This document shows, in pieces, positions 1-9,356 of a stretch of DNA of 28,261 nucleotides. The stretch covers positions 1 through 28,261 of the forward strand of contig DAOUVR010000001.1 of assembly GCA_030667555.1 (NCBI GenBank). The letters are read 5' to 3'. The DNA is from Dehalococcoidia bacterium (GTDB lineage: Bacteria; Chloroflexota; Dehalococcoidia; E44-bin15). The translations under genes were made by a program, and so were the position numbers. Within the stretch, counting starts at the first letter, position 1. Each line of letters opens with the position of its first letter. The notes below the pieces were generated by a model. It was not told where the DNA came from and made no database searches. It saw only the letters and a list, made by a program, of their open reading frames with translations.

Positions 1-689
1 CCTCCTATAACAGTGGGCATAGGCGACTCTTCCTCAGTCACTGCCTCGGTGGTGCGAATGTAAGTAAGGAGCTTGCTCATAGCGGCTTTTGCCAGGCTAT
101 TCCGATTGGCGATTAGAACTGCTTTGGACATGAGAATTCTGGCTAAGGGGACAAGATCATACTTTGCAAAGCTGCCCACCGAGGCTTCGGCAATTATGGC
201 GAGCTCTGCGCTCTCTGGTGGATAGACCTCAGCAGCCCCCCATATGGGGAGAATGCTGAACCTCCTTAACCTCTGCCTGAGAGCAAATAATTCGGCCAGG
301 TTCTGATATTCGCTTACGATTCGCACCTTTTCAAATCCGTTGTTGATTTCTCCAACAGAGGATACACCGGCATACCTGCTGGCAACTACATACAAATCGT
401 TCTTGCCATAGCCCAACTCTCCCACCTTCACCAGGTCGCCGCTGGGGTATTTGGCCAGGAGTTCCTCCACCCAGTCGAGACCGCATATCCCCAAATCATA
501 ATTTCCGATCGCCACTTGAATGGGGATATCCTTCTCTTGAAATACCTTGGGGAATAGGTCAGGAAATCTGGTGGATGTGGGGCGATAGGAGCGAGCCCTT
601 TCATTATAGCCCGTGAGACCAAGCCCCGCTTTCTCAAGCAAAGCTGCAGTGTCTTGGAGAAGTCGCCCCTTTGGTAACGCCAGCTTCAA
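1..689 (-). CDS. hisG: ATP phosphoribosyltransferase HisG-like protein, N-terminal part (runs off the left window edge)
   Basis: Not in the ORF track; translated by hand from TTG at 689-687: MKLALPKGRLL...FQEKDIPIQVAIGNYDLGICGLDWVEE...YG...RIVSEY, the HisG signature. No stop before base 1. Start overlaps the hisZ stop (TTGA). Confidence 0.85.
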   Translation of the reverse strand, partial: MKLALPKGRLLQDTAALLEKAGLGLTGYNERARSYRPTSTRFPDLFPKVFQEKDIPIQVAIGNYDLGICGLDWVEELLAKYPSGDLVKVGELGYGKNDLYVVASRYAGVSSVGEINNGFEKVRIVSEYQNLAELFALRQRLRRFSILPIWGAAEVYPPESAELAIIAEASVGSFAKYDLVPLARILMSKAVLIANRNSLAKAAMSKLLTYIRTTEAVTEEESPMPTVIG

Positions 690-1921
690 TTGGATTCCTC
701 CATTATCTTCAAGACCTCTGCTTGAGAAGATGCCTTACTTTTTTCCCCCGTAGTCTGATCTACCAACTGGAATAGGCCATGTTTGGGCATAGAAAGAAGC
801 CATCGATAACCAGATGGTTTTTCTTGACCAAAATCCAGCTCGGTAATGTAGCCTGCCTCTCTCAAAAGGCGGGCGGTCTCCAAGCTTGTCTTCAATACGC
901 TCATATCACTGGCCAGGGGCTTGACCAAAACTCTTTGATATGAGATTGCCTCCATCTTTAACATATCCATTAGTCGATCCATATATAGGGCAAATCCAGA
1001 GGCGGGGATGGGTGGGCCGCCCACCAGAGGAATCAAATCGTCATATCTTCCTCCTCCTCCTACCCGCTCTGTGGAGGCATAGAATTGAACCATAATGCCG
1101 GTGTAGTATTCGAAGCCTCTCCCAGAGGTGATGTCGATTTCATAGGGGCAATCCATAGCACTGAGCATTTCAGTAATGCTGGCCAGGTCATTGAGGCTAG
1201 GCTCAAAACTAGGCAAGGCTTTCCCCAGGAGAGCCCTGACATTCCCCACAAATTCAGGCGAGATGCCCTTGACATCCAGTAAAAGGGCTAGGGCTCTCTC
1301 TATCTCAGCATTATCGGTCTTTATTGCACCCAATGCCTTTATGTCTCCCTCCAAGACCCGATCGAATATCTCTGTCTGCTCCGCTGCCCCCAGCCCGAGC
1401 TCCGCTAAGAGCGTCTTGATTAAGCCACCGTGGGATAGCTTCACCATTATGGGACCAATACCAAGCTCTCTCAGAACCTCTAGGGCCAGAAGCATGAGCT
1501 CCACGTCAGCTAGTGGCTCGCTACTGCCGATTAGCTCAGCACTACATTGCCAACGTTCCCTCCGTTCTCTCCCCGTCTCCTCAAAGGTGAAGGTGTTTTC
1601 TACATAGAAAAGTTTCGTTATCTTGCCACTCTCTAGGTTCTCCAGGTAAAGCCTGACAGCAGGGATAGTACCATCAGGTCTTAGAACTATCCTCTCCCCG
1701 CTCCAGCCATCCCAGTCGAGGAAGGAATACACTCTACCAAGCATACCTGGAGTCAGCGTCCCACTTGCAGTGAAAAGGTGGAGATACTCGAGAGTCGGTG
1801 TTCTTATCTCATAATAGCCCCGTTTTAGGCAGGAGTCTCGAAACACCTGCTCTATATGCCGAAACTTGGTCATGTCAAGAGGAAGCAGATCGACCATCCC
1901 TTTACACTTGGATACTTTCAT
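686..1921 (-). CDS. hisZ: ATP phosphoribosyltransferase regulatory subunit HisZ (HisRS paralogue)
   Basis: HisRS-like fold motifs (KGMVDLLP, TPTLE, LRPDGT, RGFEYYTG, GGGRYD), but motif 2 reads FTFEETGRE rather than FRYERPQxGR, so the catalytic Arg is missing. Translationally coupled to hisG. Confidence 0.85.
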   Translation of the reverse strand: MKVSKCKGMVDLLPLDMTKFRHIEQVFRDSCLKRGYYEIRTPTLEYLHLFTASGTLTPGMLGRVYSFLDWDGWSGERIVLRPDGTIPAVRLYLENLESGKITKLFYVENTFTFEETGRERRERWQCSAELIGSSEPLADVELMLLALEVLRELGIGPIMVKLSHGGLIKTLLAELGLGAAEQTEIFDRVLEGDIKALGAIKTDNAEIERALALLLDVKGISPEFVGNVRALLGKALPSFEPSLNDLASITEMLSAMDCPYEIDITSGRGFEYYTGIMVQFYASTERVGGGGRYDDLIPLVGGPPIPASGFALYMDRLMDMLKMEAISYQRVLVKPLASDMSVLKTSLETARLLREAGYITELDFGQEKPSGYRWLLSMPKHGLFQLVDQTTGEKSKASSQAEVLKIMEESN

Positions 1922-1950
1922 CCTTGCCGCCTTTTTACAAAGTTGAGGCC

Positions 1951-1979
1951 ATTCTACACCAATTGCCTTAAGCCTTCAA
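1951..1979 (-). promoter_or_regulatory. sigma70-type promoter for hisZ-hisG
   Basis: Minus strand TTGAAG-17 nt-TAGAAT, about 30 nt upstream of the hisZ ATG. Confidence 0.55.
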
Positions 1980-1980
1980 C

Positions 1981-2159
1981 GCCACCCAGTCGTCCTTGAT
2001 CCGTGGATTCTTTTTGAGGACTGAGGGAGTCCTCTCCCTCAGCTTTCGTGAAGGAATCCTTCACAGAAGGACTTTCACGCCTCAGAAAGAGCCACCTGAT
2101 AGGTGAGTCTTTTGAATCTGGAATCACGTATTAAGGGGCGTTCATATGATTGGTGATGC
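1981..2159 (+). ncRNA. Structured non-coding RNA candidate, 6S RNA-like
   Basis: Ends pair into an interrupted rod (caccc-agtc/gattggtg, ccttgat/attaagg, cgtg/cacg, gattc/gaatc, tttttgagg/cctcagaaa) enclosing hairpins ctgagggag-tcct-ctccctcag, gtgaagga/tccttcac and cacct-gat-aggtg. G-U pairs favour the + strand. Lies between two divergent promoters. Family assignment is inference only. Confidence 0.35.
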
Positions 2160-2183
2160 CTTGCTCTTTCCAAGGGTGCTCAA

Positions 2184-2212
2184 TTGTAAAAAGACCTTGA
2201 CGCAACTATAAT
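2184..2212 (+). promoter_or_regulatory. sigma70-type promoter for nfeD-SPFH
   Basis: TTGTAA-17 nt-TATAAT about 22 nt upstream of the nfeD start. Confidence 0.6.
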
Positions 2213-2234
2213 AAACCTATAAACTTCGGCAGCG

Positions 2235-3542
2235 TTGAGTATGAGAAAGTTTTGGCTTTTCGTTATATTTCTTGGGCTGTCCCTTCTCTTGGTATCTGGA
2301 GAGGTGAGCGCCGAGAGCTCCCAAGTCGATGTACTGAGGGTTAAGGGGGCGATCACTCCGGTGCTGGCTGGCTATATTGACCGGGGGATTGAGCTGGCTG
2401 AGGAGCACGGTGCAACCGCTTGTATCATCGAGATGGATACGCCAGGGGGGCTTGATAGCTCGATGCGCGATATCGTGCAACATATTATGGGAGCCGATGT
2501 TCCTGTAGTGGTCTACATGCCCACGGGGGCAAGGGCTGCTTCGGCTGGGGCCTTTATCACTTTGGCGGCTCATGTGGCGGTGATGGCGCCGGCAACGGAA
2601 ATTGGCGCGGCTCATCCTGTTGCCATTGGCGAGGATGGGATGGATGAGACTATGGAGGATAAGGTGGTAAACGACGCCGTCGCCTACATTAGAAGCATCG
2701 CTGAAACAAGAGGGCGCAACGCTGACTGGGCTGAAGCCGCAGTAAGGGAAAGCAAGTCAAGCCCCGCTTCAGAGGCCTTGGAGTTAGGGGTCATCGATTT
2801 TATGGCCGATAATATGGACGACCTGCTGGCTCAACTCGATGGATGGCAGGTAACACTATTAAGCGGGGAGGTTGTCACCCTGGAGACTGAGGGCGCCAAC
2901 ATCAATTACATCGGCATGGGCTCTGTAGAGCGCTTTCTATTCGCCATCACTGACCCCAATATCGCCTATATCCTTTTAAGCCTGGGTATGCTTGGAATAA
3001 TGCTCGAGTTATTCAGTCCAGGGACGATCTTTCCCGGGGTTGTCGGTGCAATCTGTCTTTTACTTTCCTTCTATGGCTTGGGGATGCTCCCGGTTAACTA
3101 TGTTGGTATCATACTAATAGTTCTTGCCTTTGGCCTGTTTATTGCGGAGATGTTCACTGCAACCAATGGTTTGCTTGCTTTGGGTGGCATCGCTTCTTTT
3201 GCCATAGGCTCGATGGTCTTGATGACCAACCCACTGTTTAGCATAAATCCTGTCCTCATTGCCGGGGTGGTGATCGCTGTTACCGCCTTTTTCATCTTCG
3301 TCATTGCATCAGTCCTGCGCACTCATCGAACACGGCAGCAGACAGGGCGAGACGCGATGGTAGACAAGGTGGCGGTCGCCAGAACGACCCTCGACCCAAA
3401 AGGTAGGGTCTTTGTGCACGGGGAACTCTGGGAGGCGACAGTAGATGAAGGAAAGGTTGAGCCAGGAGAGGAGGTGGTAATAACAAAGGTCGATGGACTA
3501 AGACTAGTGGTAACCAGGAAAAACAAAACAGGAGGTGAATGA
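2235..3542 (+). CDS. nfeD: NfeD family membrane-bound serine protease (long form: protease, TM and OB-fold domains)
   Basis: Signal-like N-terminus; [14 protein letters not shown] (catalytic Ser), IGAAHP, RGRN motifs; several TM helices; C-terminal OB domain ([10 protein letters not shown]). True start may be ATG 2241. Confidence 0.92.
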   Translation: MSMRKFWLFVIFLGLSLLLVSGEVSAESSQVDVLRVKGAITPVLAGYIDRGIELAEEHGATACIIEMDTPGGLDSSMRDIVQHIMGADVPVVVYMPTGARAASAGAFITLAAHVAVMAPATEIGAAHPVAIGEDGMDETMEDKVVNDAVAYIRSIAETRGRNADWAEAAVRESKSSPASEALELGVIDFMADNMDDLLAQLDGWQVTLLSGEVVTLETEGANINYIGMGSVERFLFAITDPNIAYILLSLGMLGIMLELFSPGTIFPGVVGAICLLLSFYGLGMLPVNYVGIILIVLAFGLFIAEMFTATNGLLALGGIASFAIGSMVLMTNPLFSINPVLIAGVVIAVTAFFIFVIASVLRTHRTRQQTGRDAMVDKVAVARTTLDPKGRVFVHGELWEATVDEGKVEPGEEVVITKVDGLRLVVTRKNKTGGE

Positions 3543-4297
3543 AAGTGGACTGGATAGTATATGTCATAATTGCGATAGTAGTGCTCTTTCTGCTGACGTC
3601 TGCTATAAAGATCGTCATGCAGTATGAAGCGGGCGTGGTGTTTCGCCTGGGCCGACTACAGGGCACAAGAAAGCCCGGACTGCGCTTCATCATACCCTTC
3701 TTTGACCGCATGCGAAAGATAGACACCCGTGTCATTACCATGGATGTTCCCTCTCAGGAGGCAATCACCAGGGACAATGTCACCCTTAAGGTCAATGCAG
3801 TGGTCTACTTCAGGGTGATGCACCCGGAGGCTGCAGTGATCGAGGTCTATGACTACAGGCTGGCGACCTATCAGATAGCCCAGACCACCTTAAGGAGCGT
3901 GCTCGGCCAGTCGGAGCTTGATGAACTGCTGGCGCAGCGTGATAAGATAAATCAGCAACTGCAGCAGATTATCGATGAACAGACGGAGCCGTGGGGGATT
4001 AAGGTGAGCGTGGTGGAGGTCAAGGACGTGGAGCTTCCCCAATCGATGCAGCGGGCTATGGCGGCGCAGGCTGAGGCGGAGAGGGAGAGGAGAGCCAAGA
4101 TCATACATGCCGAGGGTGAGCTACAGGCTTCCGAGAAGCTAGCTCAGGCGGGCGCAGTCATCGGCAGGGAGCCGACAACGCTGCAATTGCGTTATCTGCA
4201 GACCCTCAGCGAGATTGCAACGGACAAGTCTCAGATACTGGTATTCCCCTTGCCTCTGGATCTGCTCAGAGCCTTCATGCCAGACAAGAAGGAGTAA
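3539..4297 (+). CDS. SPFH/stomatin-like (slipin) band 7 protein
   Basis: N-terminal TM; [55 protein letters not shown]. Overlaps the nfeD stop, the classic nfeD-SPFH pair. Confidence 0.93.
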   Translation: MKVDWIVYVIIAIVVLFLLTSAIKIVMQYEAGVVFRLGRLQGTRKPGLRFIIPFFDRMRKIDTRVITMDVPSQEAITRDNVTLKVNAVVYFRVMHPEAAVIEVYDYRLATYQIAQTTLRSVLGQSELDELLAQRDKINQQLQQIIDEQTEPWGIKVSVVEVKDVELPQSMQRAMAAQAEAERERRAKIIHAEGELQASEKLAQAGAVIGREPTTLQLRYLQTLSEIATDKSQILVFPLPLDLLRAFMPDKKE

Positions 4298-4386
4298 GCT
4301 AATAATTTGGCCGAGGGGCAGACTGGATATAACCTGTCCATTGGCTAATTAGACATGGGCGGGCAGCCAAGCGAATTAGGGGAGCA

Positions 4387-6315
4387 ATGGGCCATTTTGC
4401 AGGATATGCCGGAAAAATCTTACGTGTGAATCTTTCGACCGGGGATGTCAACAAGGTCCCGACTGCCAGCTATGAAGAGCTATTTCTCGGAGGAAGGGGG
4501 ATAGCGGTAAAGATCTATTGGGATGAGATTCCCCCAGATATTACAGCCTTCGACCCAGAGAACAGGCTCATTTTCATAACGGGTCCCATTGGTGGCGTTC
4601 CCGGTTTCGCTGGTTCTCGATGGCAAGTTTGTGGAAAATCCCCCGTTAGCAATCAATTCTCCTATTGCAACCTGGGCGGTTCGTGGGGTGCTGAGCTTAA
4701 ATTCGCTGGCTATGATGGCGTGGTCGTTTATGGGAAGGCGGATAAGCCAGTCTACCTGTGGGTCGATAATGATCGTGTAGAAATAAGAGAGGCAACTCAT
4801 CTTGTTGGCCAAGGCGATATTTCGTGTCGTGAGAGACTCAAGGAGGAACTAGGGAAATCGGTGCGGGTGGTGGCTGTGGGCCCAGCCGGTGAAAATATGG
4901 TAACCTTTGCCACTGTTTTGGCGGACAGTGATGCTACTGGCTCGGGTGGATTAGGGGCTGTGATGGGCTCCAAGAATCTGAAGGCCATCGCGGTAAGAGG
5001 GAGCAAGAGAAGGGTTGAGGTGGCTGACGCGGAGAGAGTTACAAAGCTGAGGAAACGGCTGCGTCGAGAAGCAAAGGACAGGCCTGAATTGTACTCAGCG
5101 GTAGTACCCGCGATAGTGCACTCAGATAGGCTCAAGAAAGATATATGTTACGGCTGCATCAGTGGATGTATGCGGGCAAACTATACCGCGATGAGTGGGA
5201 TCACGGGGAAATTCATGTGCCAGGCTGGCCTATTCTATGAAGCCCGAGCTCAACGCTATTATGGCGAAATAAGCGAGGTTCCCTTTGAGGCCAACAAGCT
5301 CTGCGATGAATATGGAGTCGATACCCGTGCCGTTGAGACCATGATCATGTGGCTCTCCAGATGCTACCAGGCAAAGCTCTTAACTGATGAGCAAACCGGC
5401 ATTCCTCTTTCTAAGCTGGGGAGCAGGGAATTTATCGAGACATTCCTGTGGAAAGTAGCTCACCGGGACGGATTTGGGGACCTGCTGGCTGAAGGCACCC
5501 ATAAAGCTGCCGAAACCATCGGCACTAAAGGCCGGGCGTTGCTTACAGATTATATTACTAGGACTGGCTCCAATGCCATCTATGGGCCCAGGTTATATAT
5601 TACAACTGGCCTTTTCTACGCCATGGAGCCAAGATTGCCCATTCAACAGCTTCACGAGATCAGTGCGCTGGCTATGTTTTGGGCTGTGGGGGCCATGGGG
5701 GTGGAGAATATCTACGTTACATCTGAGGTTATGCGGGCCATAGGTAAACGATTCTGGGGGAGTGAAATAGCAGCAGACTTCTCTACATATGAAGGAAAGG
5801 CCCTGGCCGCGGCCAAGATTCAGGACCGCCAGTACGCCAAGGAATGCCTCATTCTATGTGATTTCTGCTGGCCTTTTATTCATAGCACGCTATCTGCAGA
5901 CCACGTCGGTGACCCTACCCTGGAGAGCCAGGTTTGTGCGGCAGTAACGGGAAGGGATTTGGATGAGGATGGTCTATATGAAATTGGGGAGAGGGTCTTG
6001 AATTTGCAACGGGCCATCCTCACCAGGGAAGGACACGAAGGAAGAGATTATGATTCTCTGGAGGAGTTCAATTTCACTAGGCCGCTGAGAGGCGATTATG
6101 GCAACCCGAATTGCATAGTTCCTGGCAAGGATGGCGAGGTTTTATCCAGAAAAGGGATGGTTGTTGAACGGGACCAGTTTGAAAAGATGAAAGATGAGTA
6201 TTACCAAATTCGGGGTTGGGATGTCGCCACTGGTTTTCAAAGAAAGGCTAAACTGGAAAAATTAAATCTTGGCGAGGTTGCTAAGAAACTGGAGGGCTTA
6301 GGTCTTCTAGCTTAA
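4387..6315 (+). CDS. aor: Aldehyde:ferredoxin oxidoreductase family protein (W/Mo-pterin)
   Basis: GYAGKILRVNLS, GGRG, DPENRLIF, KSP, GGSWGAELKFAGYD, GLGAVMGSKNLKAI, CxxCxxxC, CDEYGVD, YYQIRGWD. RBS GGAG. Confidence 0.9.
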   Translation: MGHFAGYAGKILRVNLSTGDVNKVPTASYEELFLGGRGIAVKIYWDEIPPDITAFDPENRLIFITGPIGGVPGFAGSRWQVCGKSPVSNQFSYCNLGGSWGAELKFAGYDGVVVYGKADKPVYLWVDNDRVEIREATHLVGQGDISCRERLKEELGKSVRVVAVGPAGENMVTFATVLADSDATGSGGLGAVMGSKNLKAIAVRGSKRRVEVADAERVTKLRKRLRREAKDRPELYSAVVPAIVHSDRLKKDICYGCISGCMRANYTAMSGITGKFMCQAGLFYEARAQRYYGEISEVPFEANKLCDEYGVDTRAVETMIMWLSRCYQAKLLTDEQTGIPLSKLGSREFIETFLWKVAHRDGFGDLLAEGTHKAAETIGTKGRALLTDYITRTGSNAIYGPRLYITTGLFYAMEPRLPIQQLHEISALAMFWAVGAMGVENIYVTSEVMRAIGKRFWGSEIAADFSTYEGKALAAAKIQDRQYAKECLILCDFCWPFIHSTLSADHVGDPTLESQVCAAVTGRDLDEDGLYEIGERVLNLQRAILTREGHEGRDYDSLEEFNFTRPLRGDYGNPNCIVPGKDGEVLSRKGMVVERDQFEKMKDEYYQIRGWDVATGFQRKAKLEKLNLGEVAKKLEGLGLLA

Positions 6316-7100
6316 TAGTTCTTCGCCTTGAGCGTGACATCCCCGGATATGATAGTCGCCAGAGTTCCGTCAGGGCACCGCAGAAGCAGGTTCCCATCCT
6401 TATCGACCGATTCAGCATAGCCCTCCAAAACCTCATTACCCTGTTTTACCGCAACCTCTCTGCCTTTGGTATCCAGTCGCCGTTGCCATTCCTTGTGGAT
6501 AGGCTCACCGTGGTGCAATGCCTGACATAGCTCTTCGAATTCGCAAAGCAAGGACTCGAGCATATCCAGGCGGGAAACCTCCCGCCCAAGCATCTCCTTA
6601 AGGCTGGTAGCGGTTTCTGAAATCTCCGGCATCGACGAGGGATCGAGATTGACATTTAACCCGATGCCCACGATGGCGGAATTGGCTTGTTCTCCCTGGA
6701 CATCGCTCTCAATCAGGGCACCGCTTACCTTTTTCCCCTCGATAAGGACGTCGTTGGGCCACTTGAGAATCGGCTTGAGGTCGGTAAGCTTCTCAATGCT
6801 CTGGGCAACAGCTAGGGCAGCAATCATGTTGAGCAGGCGAAGCTGTTCAATCTCTGGGTAGAGGATAATGGAGAGCAGAATACTGTCATCTGGAGAGGTG
6901 ATCCACTTGCGGCCTAGACGCCCTCGGCCGGAGGTTTGGTAATCGGCAATGATGATGGTGCCCTCTCTTGCACCGTCTCTTATCGCCTGTTTTGCTACAT
7001 CCATGGTGGAGGAGGTAACCGGATAGTAGAGGGTCTTCTGGCCGATGAATCTTGTCCTTAGGTCGTCGATTGGGTAAGTTGAATACATCTGATTCGCCAT
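6312..7100 (-). CDS. birA: Biotin--[acetyl-CoA-carboxylase] ligase (no N-terminal HTH)
   Basis: SSTMD, QTSGRGRLGRKW, KWPNDVLIEGKK, GIGLNVN and C-terminal SH3-like ISGDV motifs. Confidence 0.92.
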   Translation of the reverse strand: MANQMYSTYPIDDLRTRFIGQKTLYYPVTSSTMDVAKQAIRDGAREGTIIIADYQTSGRGRLGRKWITSPDDSILLSIILYPEIEQLRLLNMIAALAVAQSIEKLTDLKPILKWPNDVLIEGKKVSGALIESDVQGEQANSAIVGIGLNVNLDPSSMPEISETATSLKEMLGREVSRLDMLESLLCEFEELCQALHHGEPIHKEWQRRLDTKGREVAVKQGNEVLEGYAESVDKDGNLLLRCPDGTLATIISGDVTLKAKNY

Positions 7101-7116
7101 TGTATATATAAGAGCC

Positions 7117-7493
7117 GGCCAAGCAAACCTATAAGCCGAGTTCTGTATCCCAACAGTGTTGGGGCGGTGACCATCTATCTAGCCCTGATGTTACCATCAG
7201 GGTCAAGCGACCCACCCGGGGGTTGTAACGAGGCCGGGCGTCCTCTTCCCCGCTATTTGGTCTTGCTCCGGAGGGGGTTTGCCCTGCCCCCGGTGTCACC
7301 ACCGGAGCGGTGAGCTCTTACCTCGCCATTTCACCCTTACTCCGATAAATCGGAGCGGTATGTTTCTGTGGCACTTTCCGTCCCCGATAACGTGAGTTAC
7401 CGAGGCCTGGGAGTTACCCAGCCTCCTGCCCGGTGGAGCTCGGACTTTCCTCCCCCCGATAAATCGGGGAGCGGTCACCCGGTTTGCCTGGCC
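7117..7493 (-). ncRNA. rnpB: RNase P RNA (bacterial type A)
   Basis: Minus strand has the universal elements GAGGAAAGUCC, GGAAAGUGCCACAGAAA, GGGUGAAA, GGUAAGAGCUCACC, GGCAAACCCC and ACAGAACUCGGCUUAUA, with a terminal P1 pairing (GGCCAGGCAAACC/GGUUUGCUUGGCC). Confidence 0.96.
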
Positions 7494-7528
7494 AACTTCA
7501 GTTTACAATAAAGCCGACGCCAAATCAA

Positions 7529-7933
7529 TTAAGTGCGTCTCAATGCCTTGCGGCTTAATGCATCTGCTGCTCTGTTCTGCTCCCTGGGGATGTGGACGAT
7601 GTCAATAGACGGAAATGCTTTCATCAGTCGTTGGGTTTGCTGAAATAGAGGCTTCAGCCCTGGATTCTTTACTCGGTATTCGCCTTTGATCTGCTTCACC
7701 AGAAGCTCTGAGTCAGACCTGACCTCAATATGCTCTGCGTGTAACCTTGCTGCTTCCTCGAGACCTTTGATGACAGCTTTATATTCTGCCTGGTTGTTTG
7801 TGGCGTAGCCAATACTATGCGAGGCCTCGAATATAACCGCTCCTGATTCATCCAGGATGACGACGCCTACGCCGGCAGGCCCTGGGTTGGGCTGAGCAGC
7901 GCCGTCGGTATAGATGGTTATGCGTTTTGCCAT
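7529..7933 (-). CDS. rnhA: Ribonuclease HI (archaeal/actinobacterial-like RNase H1 family)
   Basis: YTDGA..PNPGPAG, TNNQAEY, SDSELLVKQ, HIPREQN..AD; D-E-D-D catalytic set present. Confidence 0.92.
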   Translation of the reverse strand: MAKRITIYTDGAAQPNPGPAGVGVVILDESGAVIFEASHSIGYATNNQAEYKAVIKGLEEAARLHAEHIEVRSDSELLVKQIKGEYRVKNPGLKPLFQQTQRLMKAFPSIDIVHIPREQNRAADALSRKALRRT

Positions 7934-7940
7934 AGGCTAA

Positions 7941-9353
7941 TCACAGCATGAGGATAGTTTCTACGTGGTCGTCGTAGACCACAATGCGTTCGATCAAATG
8001 TTGAAGCAGCGCTTTTCTTGCTGGTGACGTCATGGTGTCCCATCGCTCTCGAAGCTCTTCTAGCTTCTCCAGCATATACTCCTTCCGGTGCTCGGAGGTT
8101 ATCTCCTGCTTTGCTTCAGCTTCAATAAGGGCAACCCTTTGCTCCCAAAGACGCCTCTCTAAAAGCAAATCCCCACTCACAACTCGGAATTCTTCCAGGG
8201 AGATAGCACCCTCGGTCGCCTGGTCGAGGTACTCTCGGAATTTTCGATCCAAAGCCTTCAGCTTTCTCTCTAGCCGCGTGTGCTCTGACGTTTCGTCAGT
8301 GGAATCACGCACCTTAGTCAATTTTGCCAGAGCCTCAGGATTGCTTGAACTCCGTAGTGTGTCGAGCACAAAGCCCTCTAAATCGTCAGCTCTCCTTGTA
8401 TGGTATTGGCAAACGCTTTGATTGGTTCTCGACTGGCACTGGTAGTAGCGATATTCCCCCTTCCTCTTCCCCCCCTTCTTGAGCGTTGTCCAGGTTTGAC
8501 TGCGGTTCACGCCGATCATCCTGTTGCCACAGTATCCACAGTAAGCCAGACCTGATAGGGGGAAAGGCGGCCTTTGGGCGCGAGCCCTTGGTTTTGTCTT
8601 GGCAGTAAGTCGTTCTTGCACTTTGTTGAAGGTGTCATGATTGATTATCGGTCGGTGGCTGTCGGGAACCCTGAAGCCGAAACGGGAGGATGTCCCCAGG
8701 TATGCCCGATTGCGCAGGATATCTCGGATGCCAACGATGCTCCACATGCCGCCTCTTCTGGTGGTGATGCCCTGCTCATTCAGGTATCGAGCGATGAGGC
8801 GCACGCCCATGTTTTTTTGAACATAAAGTCGATAAATGAGTTCTACATTGGCCGCCTCTTCAGGGACGATCTCCAGCCTCTTGTCGGCACCCAGCTTATA
8901 GCCATAGGGTGGCTTGCCCAATCCCTTTCCTCTGACTGCCCTGAGCTTCATCGCCTCCCTAACGGCATCTCCTCTTATTCCACTATGGCGCCGGGTAGAC
9001 CAAATCTGGATAACTATCTCCAAGGGGCTGGCAAGCTCTTCATCGATTGAGAGAACCTTTGCCCCGAGGGCATCAAGCTCGATAAGGCGATACATCAATT
9101 CCTGCGCGTCGGGGTGAAGGTGGCTAAGACTTTTCACCACAACTATAGTGTCCGTTCCATCCCTTCGGATGTAGCTGAGCATGCGCTGATACTGAGTTCG
9201 GCCAAGTTTCCCTGGGGAGCCCGCATCAACAAAGGTCATTACCGGCTGGTAACCCCGTTCCTGGCAAAAGCGAGCAAAGCCTTCCTGCTGCTCCACCAGT
9301 GAGGGGGCTTTCTCAGTTTCTTTGTTTACTCGAAAATAGCCAATCGTTCTCAT
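7941..9353 (-). CDS. Large serine recombinase homologue with a degenerate catalytic domain
   Basis: Resolvase-like N-terminus, PYGY, recombinase domain (IARYLN...WS...IRDILRNRAYLG...HRPII...F.KVQ), Zn ribbon (LSGLAYCGYCG...YYQC...C), coiled coil and LIERIVV C-terminus. Catalytic motif reads YFRVNK (not YxRVS) and SHLHP replaces DRLxR. Confidence 0.85.
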   Translation of the reverse strand: MRTIGYFRVNKETEKAPSLVEQQEGFARFCQERGYQPVMTFVDAGSPGKLGRTQYQRMLSYIRRDGTDTIVVVKSLSHLHPDAQELMYRLIELDALGAKVLSIDEELASPLEIVIQIWSTRRHSGIRGDAVREAMKLRAVRGKGLGKPPYGYKLGADKRLEIVPEEAANVELIYRLYVQKNMGVRLIARYLNEQGITTRRGGMWSIVGIRDILRNRAYLGTSSRFGFRVPDSHRPIINHDTFNKVQERLTAKTKPRARAQRPPFPLSGLAYCGYCGNRMIGVNRSQTWTTLKKGGKRKGEYRYYQCQSRTNQSVCQYHTRRADDLEGFVLDTLRSSSNPEALAKLTKVRDSTDETSEHTRLERKLKALDRKFREYLDQATEGAISLEEFRVVSGDLLLERRLWEQRVALIEAEAKQEITSEHRKEYMLEKLEELRERWDTMTSPARKALLQHLIERIVVYDDHVETILML

Positions 9354-9356
9354 CGT

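Noticed and set aside
1922-2160. T-box or His-leader attenuator for hisZ-hisG
   Set aside because: No T-box consensus, no His-rich leader peptide, and the hisZ promoter lies downstream of the structured region.
2235-4297. nfeD-SPFH pair as a novel CRISPR-linked membrane effector
   Set aside because: It is a widespread, well-described operon about 6.4 kb from cas6, with no sensor domain linking it to Cas10 signalling.
4298-4386. Moco/tungsten-cofactor riboswitch upstream of aor
   Set aside because: Only 89 nt with weak hairpins and no recognisable consensus.
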